A stretch of 64,000 nt of DNA from Thermoplasmata archaeon (GCA_049300255.1 JBAQJJ010000040.1:74978-138977); one strand, 5' to 3'; counted from the stretch's first letter, positions 26,954 to 37,052 are shown. Numbers and translations are program-made. Notes: generated by a model from the letters alone, not told the origin.

Positions 26954-28582
26954 TCAGAGGAAATGGACGTCGGGGGGAAGTTCCCCCGTGTAGCGTCGGA
27001 ACGCGTCCGGCCAATCCTGGGGGTCGAGCCCCTTCTGCGCCAGGAACGACGTCAACCAACGCTCGAGGCCGATCCCCGAACACCCGGACCAAAGCTCCCC
27101 CTTCTGGGCTCGGATCGTAAAGGGCCGGGTGTACTTGTCCCCGACGATCGACAGGTTCTGGAACTCCAGCCACTCGGAGTCGGTCCGGCTCCCCCGATAG
27201 GGGAGATAGGCTTCGAAATCGATCGTTCCCTTGATCTGGCGCTCCGCGTCGTCAACCCCGACGCCCCCGCTTTGCTGCATGTAGAAGGGGGTGACCCAGG
27301 CCGTCCTCCACTCTAGCTCGAGGATTGAGTCGAAGACTCGGGTATAGCGGTCGAGCAGCGCGGCGCGAAGCGAGACGAGGTCGTCCGGCGCTCCGACGAA
27401 CACCGGCTCGATCCGATGGAATTCATCGACCCGTTCTAGGCCGTGTCGCCCCCCGCTCTCGTAGCGGTTCGAGATCGCCGCTCGATCGTAGATCTTTAGC
27501 GGAAGGCTCTCGGTGGCAATCGTCCGGCCCGAGAGCCACCAGTAGATCATGGGACACTGGGCGTAATTTAGTACCGCGGTGGGCCCGGTCACGAGTCTTT
27601 CGAGCTCCTCGCGCGGCACTTGCCGCGTGATCTTCACCAGGTCGGTGAAGCGTTCCCATTCTGCCGGGTCTCGGCTCTTCGGCTCGACGACGTAGTAGAA
27701 CTCCCCGGGGAGCCCTTCGAGGTGACCGGTCTTGAGAAGGGTGTCGAAGGCGTCGAAGTGGGAGGCGACCACCTCTTGGAATCCCAGCGGGTGGAGCACC
27801 TCTTCTCGGGCGATCCGTTCCATCGTCCGCAATAGGTGTGCGGCGGTCGGTCCGAGGAACCACTTGCCTTTCGTCGGGCCATTGCGGACCCAATGACGCC
27901 GGAGCATCGCTTCTGTCGGGTCTTCCATGTGGAGCTGGTCGCGCGGAGGTCGTTGAGTGAGGAGTGCCCAGTACTGTTCTTTCCCGGCGTAACTCTGACG
28001 CCGGGCCTTCTCCTGAACAAGGGACGCGACTCGATCCATCCAGTTGTCGCGGATCGCCTCCTCGGGAAGGTCGTACAGCTCCAATTCGGCCGATCGTTCG
28101 AGGACCCTTAGTTCGTGGGGGAGCGGCAAGGAGATCGGTCCCTTGGGAAGGGGGTCGAGCGGGAGCTGGATTCGATATCGGGGTACTCGGAGCGACCGAA
28201 TTCCAGTCTTTTCGGATTTTCCGAACTCCTCGCCAAAACGCCGTGCAAAAGCGAGGAGCGCCTGATGGGGCCGCGTTCCCGTAGATTCCAGTACGAGCAT
28301 GAGCCGATCACCTTGCAGCGACCAGTCCGCCAACCGGGCCTCCCCTCGCTGACCCATCGACCGATGGAGGACTTCCGCGACCAAGGAAGGAAGCCGCGCC
28401 TGGATCACGGGCGGATTCGGTGGCGCACCGCTGAGGACGAATTCTGCCTCGATTCGGTGCTCCATCGGGCTCGCGACCGGGGGGCGTGTTATAATCTTGT
28501 GCTCAACGTAGGTCGGGGAACTGTAGTTGCCCCCGGTTACGCTTTTGAAGGGTTCCCGTGTCCGCTGCTCGAATCGGATCAA
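26954..28582 (-). CDS. Class-II aminoacyl-tRNA synthetase, probably methanogen-type (atypical, zinc-dependent) seryl-tRNA synthetase.
   Basis: Class-II motif-2-like 'GLERVDEFHRIEPVF'. Candidate zinc ligands Cys343 ('YAQCPM'), Glu392 ('HRIEP') and Cys501 ('WSGCSG'), with spacings 49 and 109. This compares with the Cys306/Glu355/Cys461 triad (spacings 49 and 106) of Methanosarcina barkeri mSerRS. The real start may be Met40 (coordinate 28465). Confidence 0.45.
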   Translation of the reverse strand: MIRFEQRTREPFKSVTGGNYSSPTYVEHKIITRPPVASPMEHRIEAEFVLSGAPPNPPVIQARLPSLVAEVLHRSMGQRGEARLADWSLQGDRLMLVLESTGTRPHQALLAFARRFGEEFGKSEKTGIRSLRVPRYRIQLPLDPLPKGPISLPLPHELRVLERSAELELYDLPEEAIRDNWMDRVASLVQEKARRQSYAGKEQYWALLTQRPPRDQLHMEDPTEAMLRRHWVRNGPTKGKWFLGPTAAHLLRTMERIAREEVLHPLGFQEVVASHFDAFDTLLKTGHLEGLPGEFYYVVEPKSRDPAEWERFTDLVKITRQVPREELERLVTGPTAVLNYAQCPMIYWWLSGRTIATESLPLKIYDRAAISNRYESGGRHGLERVDEFHRIEPVFVGAPDDLVSLRAALLDRYTRVFDSILELEWRTAWVTPFYMQQSGGVGVDDAERQIKGTIDFEAYLPYRGSRTDSEWLEFQNLSIVGDKYTRPFTIRAQKGELWSGCSGIGLERWLTSFLAQKGLDPQDWPDAFRRYTGELPPDVHFL

Positions 28583-30081
28583 CTATGGCGCACGAGGTAC
28601 CTGCACACGGACTCTTCATCGACGGAAAGTGGCTCTCTCCGCCTGACGCAAAGCGCTTCACAACGACCAATCCCACCACGCGGGAACCGATCGCCTCCTT
28701 CGTTTCGGGAACCGCTCGCGACGTGGACAACGCCATCGGAGCGGCCGCGCGGGCGTTCCCACGATGGCGCGACACGCCCGCCCCCATACGTGGAGAGATT
28801 CTCCTGACGGCGGCGACGGTTTTGAAACGTCGGAAGGAGGAACTCGGACGCACCGTGTCCCAGGAAATGGGGAAGGTGATCGCCGAGGGTCTCGGCGATG
28901 TCCAGGAGTCCATCGACTTCGTCGAATACATGGCGGGCGAGGGAAGGCGAATGTTCGGCGAAACGGTGCCTTCCGAGCTGCAATCCAAGTTTTGCATGAC
29001 GATCCGACAACCAAAGGGGGTCGTCGCGTGCATCACCCCTTGGAACTTTCCGACGGCGATTCCTAATTGGAAGATTGCCGCCGCGTTGATTTGCGGGAAC
29101 ACCGTCGTGTTCAAACCCGCTTCGAATACCGCGCTATGCGCAACCGAGGTCGTCAAAGCGTACGAGGAAGCTGGGATCCCCCCCGGGGTACTGAATCTCG
29201 TAACCGGCCCCGGATCGGTGGTTGGCGATTCCCTGATCAGCGACCCGCGCGTCCGGCTCATTTCGTTCACCGGCGGGATCGACACCGGGCGCGAGGTCTA
29301 TGTGCGCGGTGCTCAGAGCCTCAAGATGGTACATCTTGAGCTCGGAGGCAAGAACCCCGTGATCGTGATGGACGACGCCAATCTCGACCTCGCGTTCGAG
29401 GGGGTGCTCTTCGGGGCATTTGGCACCGCCGGGCAGCGATGCACCGCGACGAGCCGACTCATTTTACACGAGAAGGTCTACGACGACTTCCTCGGCCGAC
29501 TCGTCGCGAGATTGGAGAAGTTCAAGATCGGAGACCCACTCGATCCAACGACGGACATGGGTCCCGTCGCCTCGTCCGATCAGGAAAAGAAGATTCTCCA
29601 GTACATTGAGGTCGGTCGCTCCGAAGCGCGATTGCGAACCGGTGGAAAGAAACTCACGGGAGGGGCGTGGGATCGAGGGTTTTTCATTGCACCCACGATC
29701 TTCGAGACGGAGCACGGGACGCGTATCTCGAAGGAGGAGATCTTCGGGCCGGTCTTGTCCGTGATCAAGGTCGGGAGCTACGACGAAGCGATTCGCGTGG
29801 CGAACGACGTCGAATACGGACTCTCCTCTTCAATCTACACGCGCGACGTCAATCTTGCGTTTCGCGCTTTGCGCGAACTGGAAGCAGGCATCACCTACGT
29901 CAACGCGCCGACGATCGGGGCAGAAGTACAGCTCCCGTTCGGCGGGGTCAAACACACCGGGAACGGTGGACGTGAGGCGGGCAGTACCGCGATCGAAGAA
30001 TTTACGGATATCAAGACGGTCTTCATCGACTTCTCGAATCGCCTTCAAAAGGCCCAGATCGATACCCCGTTCACTGTATGA
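28558..30081 (+). CDS. NAD(P)-dependent aldehyde dehydrogenase.
   Basis: 'ELGGKNPVIVMDDANLD' and the catalytic-Cys block 'FGTAGQRCTATSRLILHE'. Glycine motif 'GPGSVVG'. About 500 aa. Confidence 0.7.
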   Translation: MSAARIGSTMAHEVPAHGLFIDGKWLSPPDAKRFTTTNPTTREPIASFVSGTARDVDNAIGAAARAFPRWRDTPAPIRGEILLTAATVLKRRKEELGRTVSQEMGKVIAEGLGDVQESIDFVEYMAGEGRRMFGETVPSELQSKFCMTIRQPKGVVACITPWNFPTAIPNWKIAAALICGNTVVFKPASNTALCATEVVKAYEEAGIPPGVLNLVTGPGSVVGDSLISDPRVRLISFTGGIDTGREVYVRGAQSLKMVHLELGGKNPVIVMDDANLDLAFEGVLFGAFGTAGQRCTATSRLILHEKVYDDFLGRLVARLEKFKIGDPLDPTTDMGPVASSDQEKKILQYIEVGRSEARLRTGGKKLTGGAWDRGFFIAPTIFETEHGTRISKEEIFGPVLSVIKVGSYDEAIRVANDVEYGLSSSIYTRDVNLAFRALRELEAGITYVNAPTIGAEVQLPFGGVKHTGNGGREAGSTAIEEFTDIKTVFIDFSNRLQKAQIDTPFTV

Positions 30082-30281
30082 GCGCGTTTCGTGGATCGGA
30101 CGAAGCCCTCGATCGGGAGATCGAGACCTTGGAGTGGATCGCGCGCCAGCGCGTACGCCGGTACGCGAGCGAGCTCAAGAACCTCGACCAAGAGCTCCGC
30201 GAACTGCGCCGCTTGAGGACCCAGAGAAGGGTGGAAACCGAGGTCGTCGCTACCGAGATGGAAGCGATTCCCGACGTGTAA
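30078..30281 (+). CDS. Small charged coiled-coil protein of 67 aa.
   Basis: ORF overlapping the ALDH stop (ATGA). 'LKNLDQELRELRRLRTQRRVE'. Weak call. Confidence 0.3.
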   Translation: MSAFRGSDEALDREIETLEWIARQRVRRYASELKNLDQELRELRRLRTQRRVETEVVATEMEAIPDV

Positions 30282-30336
30282 CGCTACCCGCGGGGCCTAC
30301 CGTGGACGCGACGGGATAAGCGCAGTGGAACGACAT

Positions 30337-31773
30337 TCAGAACGTGGGGCCGGTGCGGTCCGGATTATCGAAGTTGGTAAGCAGCGTTTGATTGCGGAAA
30401 CGCGGCCGCGCGAGTGGGGAGAGGAGCGGATCCTCTTCGAGGGCGGGCAGGGTGTCTTGGATAGGTACGTCGATCAGAATTTCCCGCGTTCGTCCGCCTC
30501 GGCCGCGCGATACGATCGTAGCTTGGATGAGCCCAAGAGATTCGAGCTCGGAAAGATAATTCGAGATGCTCCGGTTGTGCAGTGGCTGGAGACCCAAGCG
30601 CTGCGCGAGCTTCGTATAGCCGGTATAGACCTCGCCCGTGAGGACGCCGCCCCTCCGGCGTTCATACGCGAGCAGGATCGCATAGAGCAGGACCTTGCAG
30701 TGCGAGGGCAACGTGCGGCAGCAGTCGACGATTATGTCCTGCTCCACCCGATTCTTGGCCTTGACCACGTGGTCCGGTGTGATCCGCCGAGCGTGATCGC
30801 GCTCGGCCATTTCTGCCGAGAGGCGGAGCAGGGTGAGGGCACGGCGAGCATCCCCATTCTCGAGTGCGGCGTACGCGGCACACCGCTCGATCACGCCGGC
30901 GTCCAGCACGCCCTCTCGGAACACCTCGACAGCGCGATCGCGCAAGATGTCCTGCAATTGAGGCGCGTCGTAGGGGGGAAAGAGGATCTTCTCCTCGTTC
31001 AACCGACTGCGGACCCGCGCGTCGAGATTGTTGGTGAACTTGAGGTCGTTCGAGATCCCGACCAGCACGATGCGGGCGACGTTCAATTCGGTGTTGAGCT
31101 GGCTCAATGTGTAGAGCACGCCATCGCCGCTACGCGCCACGAGGCGATCGATCTCGTCGAGCACCAGGATCACCAACCCCTTGCGCGCGTCGATCATTTG
31201 GCGCATGAGCGATTGCACCCGGTCGAGGGACCATCCGGTCGGGATGCGATCCGATTCAGTCGCCGCGAACGTGTTTCCGATCGTCTGCAAAAGGCTGTAC
31301 GGCGTATCGATATTGCCGCAGTTGATCGTGATGAACGTCAGGTGACGGCTCTGCTCCGCGCGTCGCTCCATGTCCTGACGGACTTGGGCGACGACGGCCG
31401 TCTTGCCGGTCCCGATCTTTCCGTAGATCAGAAGATTGGATGGAATCTCGCTCTGCAGTGCGGGAGCCAGGACTTCGGCGACCTGGCGGATCTGATGCTC
31501 GCGATGTGGTAACCGGCTCGGAATATACGAATCTCGGAGGATTTCCCGGCTCCCCTTGAACAGCTCTCCCTTGGTCTCGAGGATCGCATCGAAGAACTGG
31601 CTCGCGGTGCTCTTCGGGAGGGAGGGCGGAGTCGAGGCCGGCCCGTTGCTGGTCGGCAATCCACCTCCTCCCCCTATGCGCTCTCCTCCGGCGATGGCCG
31701 GCTCATTCGACAGTTCGTTCGATTTGGGCTCCGTCGGTAGATCCGACGGCTGGCCGATGGGAGTAGAGGGCAC
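30337..31773 (-). CDS. orc1: Orc1/Cdc6 replication initiator (AAA+ with C-terminal winged helix), with an approximately 55-aa low-complexity N-terminal extension.
   Basis: Walker A 'LLIYGKIGTGKT'. Walker B 'VILVLDEIDRLV'. 'VLVGISNDLKF' sensor region. C-terminal 'LSELESLGLIQATIVSRGRGGRTREIL' winged helix. Confidence 0.75.
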   Translation of the reverse strand: MPSTPIGQPSDLPTEPKSNELSNEPAIAGGERIGGGGGLPTSNGPASTPPSLPKSTASQFFDAILETKGELFKGSREILRDSYIPSRLPHREHQIRQVAEVLAPALQSEIPSNLLIYGKIGTGKTAVVAQVRQDMERRAEQSRHLTFITINCGNIDTPYSLLQTIGNTFAATESDRIPTGWSLDRVQSLMRQMIDARKGLVILVLDEIDRLVARSGDGVLYTLSQLNTELNVARIVLVGISNDLKFTNNLDARVRSRLNEEKILFPPYDAPQLQDILRDRAVEVFREGVLDAGVIERCAAYAALENGDARRALTLLRLSAEMAERDHARRITPDHVVKAKNRVEQDIIVDCCRTLPSHCKVLLYAILLAYERRRGGVLTGEVYTGYTKLAQRLGLQPLHNRSISNYLSELESLGLIQATIVSRGRGGRTREILIDVPIQDTLPALEEDPLLSPLARPRFRNQTLLTNFDNPDRTGPTF

Positions 31774-31983
31774 CGCTTACGCCTACCCGGGCCTCGGGCG
31801 AAGGTTCGCAGGCGAGCGCTCCATATCTATCTTTGCACAAATTCGCAACCGTCGGGCTCCGACGCGACGCGGAATCGACAGAGTCACTCTCCGGAACTAG
31901 ATTTTCCGTCAGTCCGAGCCCTCGGTCCGATTTTTTTCATTCGGCGACCGCCGAGGTCGGCTCCCGAGTACGAGCCAAGCCAT

Positions 31984-32229
31984 TTGAAGGGGCGCGCCCT
32001 CGTCATACGCGTGTCGGATTACGGAGCGACCCACTCGGATTCCCCCTCGCAGCGGGGCTCGATCTCAGTGCCGTTCGTGATCGCGGCGGCGGTTCTCATT
32101 GGAGTAGGAGTGTTCACCATTTCGTATGCGTTGACGATCTTCGATGGCTGGTATCTCGTTGGGATCGCCCCGCTTTTCTTGGGAGCCATCCTGCTCTTCA
32201 GTCCGCGTACCGGCCTCGACCGAGCCTGA
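31984..32229 (+). CDS. Small two-TM membrane protein of 81 aa.
   Basis: 'VPFVIAAAVLIGVGVFTISYALTIFDGWYLVGIAPLFLGAILLF'. Lies between the candidate origin region and ipk. Confidence 0.3.
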   Translation: MKGRALVIRVSDYGATHSDSPSQRGSISVPFVIAAAVLIGVGVFTISYALTIFDGWYLVGIAPLFLGAILLFSPRTGLDRA

Positions 32230-32237
32230 GCGCTCGA

Positions 32238-33089
32238 ATGCCTGGGCCGGTCGCGACCAAGTCTTCCGCAGGGGCTTCCGTGCCCGAAGTCGCTCTCACC
32301 ATCGTCAAGCTCGGCGGGAGCGTCATAACTCGGAAAAAGGAGGTGGAGCGCGTCCGCTTGAAAGTTCTCAACCGACTGGCCACCGAGGTGGCGGCGAGTC
32401 ACCCGAGCCGGTTGATACTCCTCCATGGGGCGGGCTCGTTCGGGCATCCCGGCGCTCATCGATTTGGGCTGGCGGTCCCACCGAGCCCAACGGAGTCACG
32501 GAGCGCCGAAACGCGTCGGCGAGGTGCGGCGATCGTCAGCGCCGAGGTGCGGCGGCTGCACCTCGTGGTTCTTTCAGCGTTGCTACGAGCGGGAATTAGC
32601 CCCTGGTCGGTCCCCATCGCGCTACACGCGCGCAGCCGGGCGGGGGTGCTCACCAAATTGGATTCGGCCCCCTTCGTGGACGCACTGACCCGATTGATGA
32701 TCCCCGTCTCCTTCGGCGACGTAGTCCCCGACGACGAGTGGGGATTTTCGATTCTCTCGGCGGATACGATCGCCCGGGAACTGACCGCTCAACTCCACGC
32801 GCGGCGGGTGATCTTTGTAAGCGATGTGGAGGGAATCCTCCGTACCGAGCCCGGCGGTCGACGGCGCGCGATTCCCGACGTGTCGCCGGAAGTGCGGGAT
32901 TCACTTCGCCCTTCGGCGGGAGCGTCGGACGTTACCGGAGGGATTCGCGGGAAGGCCGATGCGATGTTGGCCATCTCGAAGCTCGGCGCGGACGCAGGAC
33001 TTATTAGCGGACTGACGGATGGGGCGCTCTCGCGAGCGATCCGAGGGGAGGCGGTCTACGGAAGCTGGGCCAAATCCGAGTCCCCCTGA
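32238..33089 (+). CDS. ipk: Isopentenyl phosphate kinase (amino-acid-kinase fold).
   Basis: 'VKLGGSVITRKK' and 'ILLHGAGSFGHPGA' are the IPK glycine-rich signatures. Start at the internal ATG 32238. The longer ORF from 31833 would run over the Orc1 intergenic region. Confidence 0.65.
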   Translation: MPGPVATKSSAGASVPEVALTIVKLGGSVITRKKEVERVRLKVLNRLATEVAASHPSRLILLHGAGSFGHPGAHRFGLAVPPSPTESRSAETRRRGAAIVSAEVRRLHLVVLSALLRAGISPWSVPIALHARSRAGVLTKLDSAPFVDALTRLMIPVSFGDVVPDDEWGFSILSADTIARELTAQLHARRVIFVSDVEGILRTEPGGRRRAIPDVSPEVRDSLRPSAGASDVTGGIRGKADAMLAISKLGADAGLISGLTDGALSRAIRGEAVYGSWAKSESP

Positions 33090-34167
33090 CCCCAAGCCCG
33101 ATGTTTCTGGGATCGATCTAAGCCATCGGAAGGCGGAACACGTCAAGGTGGTTCTCGGCCAGGAAGTCGAGGGACGCTACCGTTACTGGGACGATATCCA
33201 GATCGTCCATAATGCGCTCCCCGAGATCGATTTCGATGAGATCGACACCTCGCTGACGCTCTTTGGGAAGAAGCTGGAAGCGCCTTTGATGATCACCGGC
33301 ATGACCGGCGGATTCCCTGACGCCGTCAAGATCAATGGCAACTTGGCGCAAGCCGCGGCCGACGTGGGGATCGCGATGGGTGTCGGCAGCGAGCGCGCTG
33401 CGATCTTGAAGGGACAGTTTCCCGACAGCTACTCGTGCGTCGCTCAGTATGCGGTGCCCCTTAAATTTGCGAATATCGGAGCCCCTCAGATCATCTCCCA
33501 ATCGCCGGGGGACCGTGTCCTCGGGGTGGAGGAGGCACGCGCCGCGATGGAGCTCATCGGGGCTCACGTACTGGCGATCCACCTCAACTTTCTCCAAGAA
33601 ATGGTCCAACCGGAAGGCGATCGTCGAGCGCGAGGGTGTCTCGAACGGATCGGAGATTTGGCGGCGCAACTTCCGGTCCTCGCAAAGGAGACGGGCACCG
33701 GACTCTCGCAATCGGTCGGCGAGCGTTTGAAAGCGCAAGGGGTACGAGGGTTCGACGCCAGCGGGACGGGAGGAACTTCTTTCGCGGCCGTCGAATATTA
33801 CCGGGCGCAAGCTCAGGGGGCCGAACGCCAAGCCCGAGTGGGCAAGACCTTCTGGGATTGGGGGATCCCTTCCCCGGTATCCGTCCGAGAGCTCGTCCCG
33901 CTGGGCCTTCCGGTGATCGCGAGCGGCGGGATCCGCTCCGGCCTGGATGTCGCCCGCGCGCTCACCCTTGGAGCGACCGCCGCCGGCACCGCCGGAGGTG
34001 TCCTGCGGGCGGCCTCCACGGGGTATGCGGAGACCCGCCGTGAGCTCGACCAGCTCATTCACGAACTCAAAGTGGCCATGTTTCTAACCGGAAGTCGGTC
34101 CGTAGAGGAACTGCGCAAGGCGCCCTACTTGGTGACCGGGGAGACTCGCGCGTGGCTGCACCGGTAG
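33019..34167 (+). CDS. fni: Type-2 isopentenyl-diphosphate delta-isomerase (FMN-dependent IDI-2).
   Basis: 'SHRKAEHVKVV' resembles the IDI-2 N-terminal 'NRKVEHVEI'. 'MITGMTGG', 'GVGSERAAI', 'HLNFLQEMVQPEGD', 'DASGTGGTSFAAVE' and 'ASGGIRSGLDVARAL' are hallmark IDI-2 blocks. The only in-frame ATG is 33019, overlapping the ipk end by 71 nt. The true start may be non-canonical nearer 33100. Confidence 0.7.
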   Translation: MGRSRERSEGRRSTEAGPNPSPPDPKPDVSGIDLSHRKAEHVKVVLGQEVEGRYRYWDDIQIVHNALPEIDFDEIDTSLTLFGKKLEAPLMITGMTGGFPDAVKINGNLAQAAADVGIAMGVGSERAAILKGQFPDSYSCVAQYAVPLKFANIGAPQIISQSPGDRVLGVEEARAAMELIGAHVLAIHLNFLQEMVQPEGDRRARGCLERIGDLAAQLPVLAKETGTGLSQSVGERLKAQGVRGFDASGTGGTSFAAVEYYRAQAQGAERQARVGKTFWDWGIPSPVSVRELVPLGLPVIASGGIRSGLDVARALTLGATAAGTAGGVLRAASTGYAETRRELDQLIHELKVAMFLTGSRSVEELRKAPYLVTGETRAWLHR

Positions 34168-35729
34168 GCGGGAATTCCACCGACCCAGCCCCCTCGCCGA
34201 CCGTCTCCGACCCCGAGCGCATTCATCGGGCGAAGCTCCAGTGGATGCGGCAGGGACATCTCGGCTCCCTCCCCTCGAATGTCGATTGGATCGAGCAACT
34301 CGAGGCAGGTGAGCGCGCCCGGTACGACTCAGTTATTCGTCGCAAGCCCTCGCGGACGCTATCGGGCGTCGCGATCGTAGCGGTCATGACGGCCCCCGCG
34401 CGGTGCCCGCACGGTCGCTGCACGTACTGCCCGGGCGGAGTCGACAACAACAGCCCCCAAAGTTACACCGGGGAAGAGCCGTCCGCCCTTCGGGGAGCCC
34501 AGTTCCAATTCGATTCCCGAGTGATCACGGAGCACCGGATCCAGACCCTGGAGGCGATCGGCCATCCGACCTCCAAAGTAGAGGTCATCGTGATGGGCGG
34601 AACGTTTCCCGCCCGGCCGCGATCCTATCAGTCGACCGTGTTCCAGGGCGTGTTCGATGGGCTGAATGGGGCGCGGGCATCCAGTCTACTCGAAGCACAA
34701 CAGTCGAACGAGACCGCTCGGCATCGGTGCGTCAGTCTCACGGTCGAGACACGCCCGGATTGGTGCGACGGACGAATTCTGCCGTTCCTACTCGACGCGG
34801 GCGTGACTCGAGTCGAGATCGGCGTCGAATGCCTCCAGCCCGACGTCCTCGCCGCGGTCAACCGAGCCCACGGAGTACACGACGTGGCCATAGCGACCCG
34901 GGAAGCTCGGGACCGCGGGCTCAAGGTGTGCTACCATCTGATGTTGGGCCTCCCGGGGATGGATCCGGGGAAGGATCGCGCCGATTTCGACCGGCTCTTC
35001 CAAGATTCCGACTTTCGCCCGGACATGATCAAGATCTATCCTACGCTAGTGCTACCCGGGACTCCTCTCTTCGAGGATTGGAAAGCGGGGCGGTACACCC
35101 CCTATGACCTCGAAACCGCCGCCAGCGTGCTCGCGGATGTCAAGCGTAGCTTGCCCCCCTGGGTCCGTATCCAGCGGATCCAACGCGATATTCCCGCTCG
35201 ATTGATCGCAGCCGGGGTCCGGACGAGTAACATCCGTCAAGTGGCCCTTCGGTTGCTCGCGCAACGGGGAGAGCACTGCCGATGCCTGCGCTGTCGGGAG
35301 GTGGGAAGAGGAGCTTCCCCTCCTGCTGACTCGTTTGCGCTCACAGAGACCTGGTATGCCGCCTCCGAGGGGCGCGAACTATTCCTCGCGTGGGAAGAGC
35401 CCGTGAGTGATACAATCGCCGGTTTCCTGCGGTTGCGATTCCCATCGGATAAGACCGACGGGGGCCTTACGGCGCCGGTCGTCCGCGAGCTGAAGGTGCT
35501 GGGGGCCGAAGTGGCCGTGGGGGCGGACGCTGGAGGCCCGACCGAGTACCAGCACCGGGGATTCGGTCGACTGCTGATGGAGCGCGCCATCGAACACAGC
35601 CGAACCCAGGGATTCGATCGAATTCACGTTCTCAGTGCGGTCGGTACCCGCCCCTATTATCGCAAGCTCGGCTTTGGGGCGGATGGACCCCATATGACGA
35701 AACCCCTTTTCGCGGAGCGCAATTCCTGA
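34152..35729 (+). CDS. elp3: Elp3-family tRNA uridine-34 modification enzyme (radical SAM + GNAT).
   Basis: Radical-SAM 'CPHGRCTYCPGG'. C-terminal GNAT 'QHRGFGRLLMERAIEHSRTQGFDRIHVLSAVGTRPYYRKLGF'. 525 aa, typical of archaeal Elp3. Confidence 0.7.
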   Translation: MAAPVGGNSTDPAPSPTVSDPERIHRAKLQWMRQGHLGSLPSNVDWIEQLEAGERARYDSVIRRKPSRTLSGVAIVAVMTAPARCPHGRCTYCPGGVDNNSPQSYTGEEPSALRGAQFQFDSRVITEHRIQTLEAIGHPTSKVEVIVMGGTFPARPRSYQSTVFQGVFDGLNGARASSLLEAQQSNETARHRCVSLTVETRPDWCDGRILPFLLDAGVTRVEIGVECLQPDVLAAVNRAHGVHDVAIATREARDRGLKVCYHLMLGLPGMDPGKDRADFDRLFQDSDFRPDMIKIYPTLVLPGTPLFEDWKAGRYTPYDLETAASVLADVKRSLPPWVRIQRIQRDIPARLIAAGVRTSNIRQVALRLLAQRGEHCRCLRCREVGRGASPPADSFALTETWYAASEGRELFLAWEEPVSDTIAGFLRLRFPSDKTDGGLTAPVVRELKVLGAEVAVGADAGGPTEYQHRGFGRLLMERAIEHSRTQGFDRIHVLSAVGTRPYYRKLGFGADGPHMTKPLFAERNS

Positions 35730-35810
35730 GGAGAGTTCCCTGCTCCGCGGGGGAGTTTCAGGTCGCAAGGGTTAAACCCACCCCAGTCTCGGCCGAGCCC
35801 AGAGACCTCT

Positions 35811-37007
35811 ATGGTCCGAAATATCCACGTCGAGCCCCTGCGGACGGTCCCGATCGAACAACAGGATGTCGAGCTCGTCGAGCGGAAAGGACTCGGGCAC
35901 CCCGATTCGATCGCCGACGGCGTTGCCGAATCCGTTAGCCGGGCGCTTTGTCGGCTTTATCTGGATGAGTTCGGGCGGATCTTGCACCACAACACGGATG
36001 AGACCCAGGTAGTCGGCGGAGCATCCGAGCCCAAATTCGGTGGTGGCAAGGTAACCGCACCGATCTACATCCTGATGGTCGGACGCGCTACGACGGAGGT
36101 CAACGGAGAAAAGCTCCCCTATCGCCAAACGGCCATTGATGCCGCGCGGAAATACGTGGGATCGGTTTGCGACCATCTCGACGCCGAAAAGCAGGTCGAG
36201 TTCGATTGCAAGATCGGACAGGGGTCGGTCGACCTCCGCGGGGTCTTCGAGCATGCAAAGGTCCTCTCGAACGATACGTCGTTCGGGGTGGGATTCGCTC
36301 CGTTCTCGGACACCGAGCGGCTCGTCCTCGAGTCTGAGCGGTATCTGACGCTGAAGCTGAAGAAGAAGGTCCGAGCGCTAGGGGAGGATGTCAAGGTCAT
36401 GGGTTATCGGGCGGGGGAAAAGATCCGCCTTACGGTGGCCGCCGCTTTGGTCGATAGCGAGGTCGACGACGCCGATGCCTACCAGAACGTCTGTACGGAG
36501 ATTCGGGAACGGCTCGCAGACCACGCCTCCAAGATCACGAACCGAGAGGTCCAGATCGACGTGAACACCGCCGACGATCCTGAGCTCGGTCGCTACTACC
36601 TCACGGTCACGGGTCTTTCGATGGAAGCCGGCGATGACGGTTCCGTGGGCCGCGGGAATCGGGCCAATGGCATCATCACGCCGTGCCGGCCCATGAGTCT
36701 GGAAGCCACGGCCGGAAAGAACCCGATCAACCATGTCGGCAAAATTTACAACCTGCTCGGGAATCTGATCGCCCAGGACATTGTCAAGGAGACCGGCGGC
36801 AACGTGCAAGAGGTCCAGGTCCGCATCCTTTCGCAAATCGGTAAGCCGGTCGACGAACCCCAAGTCGCGAGCCTCCAGATCTTGCCCTCGAATGGCCTGA
36901 AACTTGCCCAGGTCAAATCCAAGGCCGAAGCGGTGGCGAACGGATGGTTCGATAGCATCGACACCATCCCGCAAAAGCTACTCACAGGGAAGCTGTCGGT
37001 GTTCTGA
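35811..37007 (+). CDS. mat: Archaeal-type S-adenosylmethionine synthetase.
   Basis: '[25 protein letters not shown]' matches the archaeal MAT N-terminus. About 400 aa. Confidence 0.75.
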   Translation: MVRNIHVEPLRTVPIEQQDVELVERKGLGHPDSIADGVAESVSRALCRLYLDEFGRILHHNTDETQVVGGASEPKFGGGKVTAPIYILMVGRATTEVNGEKLPYRQTAIDAARKYVGSVCDHLDAEKQVEFDCKIGQGSVDLRGVFEHAKVLSNDTSFGVGFAPFSDTERLVLESERYLTLKLKKKVRALGEDVKVMGYRAGEKIRLTVAAALVDSEVDDADAYQNVCTEIRERLADHASKITNREVQIDVNTADDPELGRYYLTVTGLSMEAGDDGSVGRGNRANGIITPCRPMSLEATAGKNPINHVGKIYNLLGNLIAQDIVKETGGNVQEVQVRILSQIGKPVDEPQVASLQILPSNGLKLAQVKSKAEAVANGWFDSIDTIPQKLLTGKLSVF

Positions 37008-37052
37008 GGAACGCCTCCTCCTCGGGTGGCGATCCTTTGGTAGGGTTTCCCC

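Noticed and set aside
26954-28582. Alternative identity of the second class-II synthetase as SepRS or PylRS.
   Set aside because: The Cys/Glu/Cys spacing (49/109) fits the mSerRS zinc site closely. SepRS/PylRS motifs (PheRS-α-like core, Pyl-binding pocket residues) are not apparent. Still flagged as needing phylogeny.
30325-31512. 395-aa + strand ORF.
   Set aside because: Antisense to orc1/cdc6, whose Walker motifs are clear. Its translation is low-complexity Arg/Asp/Glu-rich.
31774-32237. Canonical ORB/mini-ORB origin boxes.
   Set aside because: I could not find convincing matches to the TTCCAGTGGAAAC-type consensus by eye. The origin call rests only on orc1 adjacency, spacer length and a short T-run.
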